Shown here piece by piece: positions 62,576 to 64,000 of a stretch of DNA of 64,000 nt (its first letter is position 1; the number at the start of each line of letters is the position of its first letter). The DNA is taken from the IMG/VR virus record IMGVR_UViG_3300043009_000039, positions 21,822-85,821 of that record; one strand, written 5' to 3'. The notes beneath the pieces are model-generated. The model was not told where the DNA came from and did not search any database. It saw nothing but the letters and a program-made list of their open reading frames with translations. This DNA is from a virus (lineage: Duplodnaviria; Caudoviricetes). The position numbers and the translations under genes are program-made.

Positions 62576-64000
62576 TTATGCTATCGTAAACCCTTTCGCC
62601 GTTATCTGTGCTATTTCATCTGTCGTAAGTCTTGCTTTAACTTGACTCGGAAGTGAGATAGTCACTGACGAGTATCCTGCGCTTGCTCTGTCGAAACTAT
62701 CCCTAATAAGTGTATTACGTAATGCTTCTAAGCCTTCGGGGGATGAGCCGAGGTTTGGGCTACTGAGGAACATGTTAGTAGTGTTGATACTCCCATTATA
62801 CGCTCCAAGATTTTTAAATTTTAAAACATCAAGATTAGTACATCCAGCAAAAGCATAATCCATATGCGCTATATTCTCATTTACAATTCCACTTAAATCT
62901 AACGATTTAATCTGTATGCAATCTTGTGCAAATCCAGCTATTGAATCTACAATCGTGTTTGTCCATCTGCTGCAATCTAAGACTTCAAGATTATAGCAAT
63001 GTTTAAATAAAAATCTAAACCGTACAGCTTTTGAAACATCCCAAGAAGAAACATTAATCTCCTTTAATACTTTACAGCCTTGGAATATACTCTCAAAATC
63101 CGTCACCTTCCCAACATCCCACTTAGAAACATCCAAACTCTCTAATTTACTGCAACCATTAAACATACCATACATATTTGTAACATTAGATGTGTTCCAA
63201 TTGCTGACATCAAGAGAAGTAAGACTACTGCAATTATTAAACATACCATACATATTTGTAACATTAGATGTGTTCCAGTTGGAAACGTCAAGATTAGAAA
63301 GATTTTTGCAAGTACCAAACAAATATCGCATAGTGGTGACATTAGAAGTGTTCCAATTGCTGACGTCTAAGCTTTCTAATTTACTGCAACCATTAAATAT
63401 ACTCTGCATGATGGTAACATTAGATGTGTTCCAATTGCTAACATCAAGAGAAGTAAGACTACTGCAATAATAAAATATACTCTGCATATCGGTAACATTA
63501 GATGTGTTCCAATTGCTAACATCAAGAGAAGTAAGACTATTGCAATAATAAAATATACCATGCATATCGGTAACATTAGATGTGTTCCAATTGCTGACAT
63601 CAAGAGAAGTAAGACTACTGCAATAATAAAACAAAAATCGCATATTAGTAACATTAGAAGTATCAAAATTAGATACATCTAATGAAGTTAACGACGTGCA
63701 AGAGTCAAACATACAATACATATTTGTAACCTTAGATGTGTTCCAATTAGAAACGCCTAAACTTTCCAATTTGCCACATCCACAAAAAATATATTGCATA
63801 TCAACAACATTAGAAGTATCCCAATTGCTGACGTCTAAGGAGGTGAGGGAGGAGCAGCTTTGGAACATACTTGAAATAGAGCAAGCCTTATCTGGCTTTA
63901 CAGTAAGTCCTTTAACTTCTTTAAGATTAGTACAATTCTGGAATATGCCACCAGATGTTACAAATCCCGAAGTGTCCCAATCTGTACAATCTATACGTTC
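62576..64000 (-). CDS. BspA/DUF285 leucine-rich-repeat protein, probable adhesin or tail-fibre tip (5' partial)
   Basis: About 14 repeats of 26 aa (xxFxxCxSLTSLDVSNWNTSNVTxM); the frame stays open from Met 63868 to the window end. Confidence 0.88.
   Translation of the reverse strand, partial: ERIDCTDWDTSGFVTSGGIFQNCTNLKEVKGLTVKPDKACSISSMFQSCSSLTSLDVSNWDTSNVVDMQYIFCGCGKLESLGVSNWNTSKVTNMYCMFDSCTSLTSLDVSNFDTSNVTNMRFLFYYCSSLTSLDVSNWNTSNVTDMHGIFYYCNSLTSLDVSNWNTSNVTDMQSIFYYCSSLTSLDVSNWNTSNVTIMQSIFNGCSKLESLDVSNWNTSNVTTMRYLFGTCKNLSNLDVSNWNTSNVTNMYGMFNNCSSLTSLDVSNWNTSNVTNMYGMFNGCSKLESLDVSKWDVGKVTDFESIFQGCKVLKEINVSSWDVSKAVRFRFLFKHCYNLEVLDCSRWTNTIVDSIAGFAQDCIQIKSLDLSGIVNENIAHMDYAFAGCTNLDVLKFKNLGAYNGSINTTNMFLSSPNLGSSPEGLEALRNTLIRDSFDRASAGYSSVTISLPSQVKARLTTDEIAQITAKGFTIA
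63090..63868 (-). repeat. 78-bp tandem repeats with near-identical copies
   Basis: TAGATGTGTTCC recurs at 63421 and 63499 (78-bp period) and in further copies. Confidence 0.9.

Noticed and set aside
62576-64000. Diversity-generating retroelement acting on the repeat gene
   Set aside because: No reverse transcriptase or separate template repeat in the window, and repeat differences are not restricted to adenine positions.
1-64000. Stop-codon reassignment as in some gut phages
   Set aside because: Long conserved genes are intact in the standard code, and TAG acts as a normal stop (e.g. 47001, 58199).

Overview
A 64-kb segment of a large tailed dsDNA phage of Bacteroidota. The host call rests on repeated TTTG-N18-21-TAnnTTTG promoters and AT-rich, Shine-Dalgarno-less start regions. 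Layout: (i) 5'-truncated tape-measure gene on + (to 6046). (ii) A - strand block (6.1-21 kb) of small genes plus a 3'-phosphatase, two YopX genes, a replication initiator, a beta clamp (dnaN), a serine recombinase and DUF559 nucleases. (iii) A ~14-kb - strand array (21.6-35.7 kb) of ~36 short ORFs; 34 carry the same upstream module, a GC hairpin followed by an AACCAATAAAACTT-like tract and then the ATG, and the array sits behind a ~630-nt structured leader. (iv) A repeat-rich divergence zone (36-39.5 kb) with one orphan gene. (v) A + strand block (39.5-58.6 kb) with KilA-N, an ncRNA cluster containing two anticodon-less tRNA-like elements, an antirepressor, SSB-like, dUTPase, SbcC-like, ThyX-like, AEP-primase/SF4-helicase, RecT, several DNA methyltransferases, a radical SAM enzyme and an MBL nuclease. 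(vi) A - strand Cys/Gly-rich operon and a 3'-end-truncated BspA/DUF285 repeat protein. The most interesting signals are: the standardized cassette array together with several candidate antisense RNAs complementary to its shared translation-initiation motif; the tRNA-like 'punctuation' elements flanking a self-paired 108-nt RNA; and an identical GGGGGGGTATAA slippage motif at frame junctions in two DNA-modification genes. All domain calls are by eye from motifs; no searches were run.
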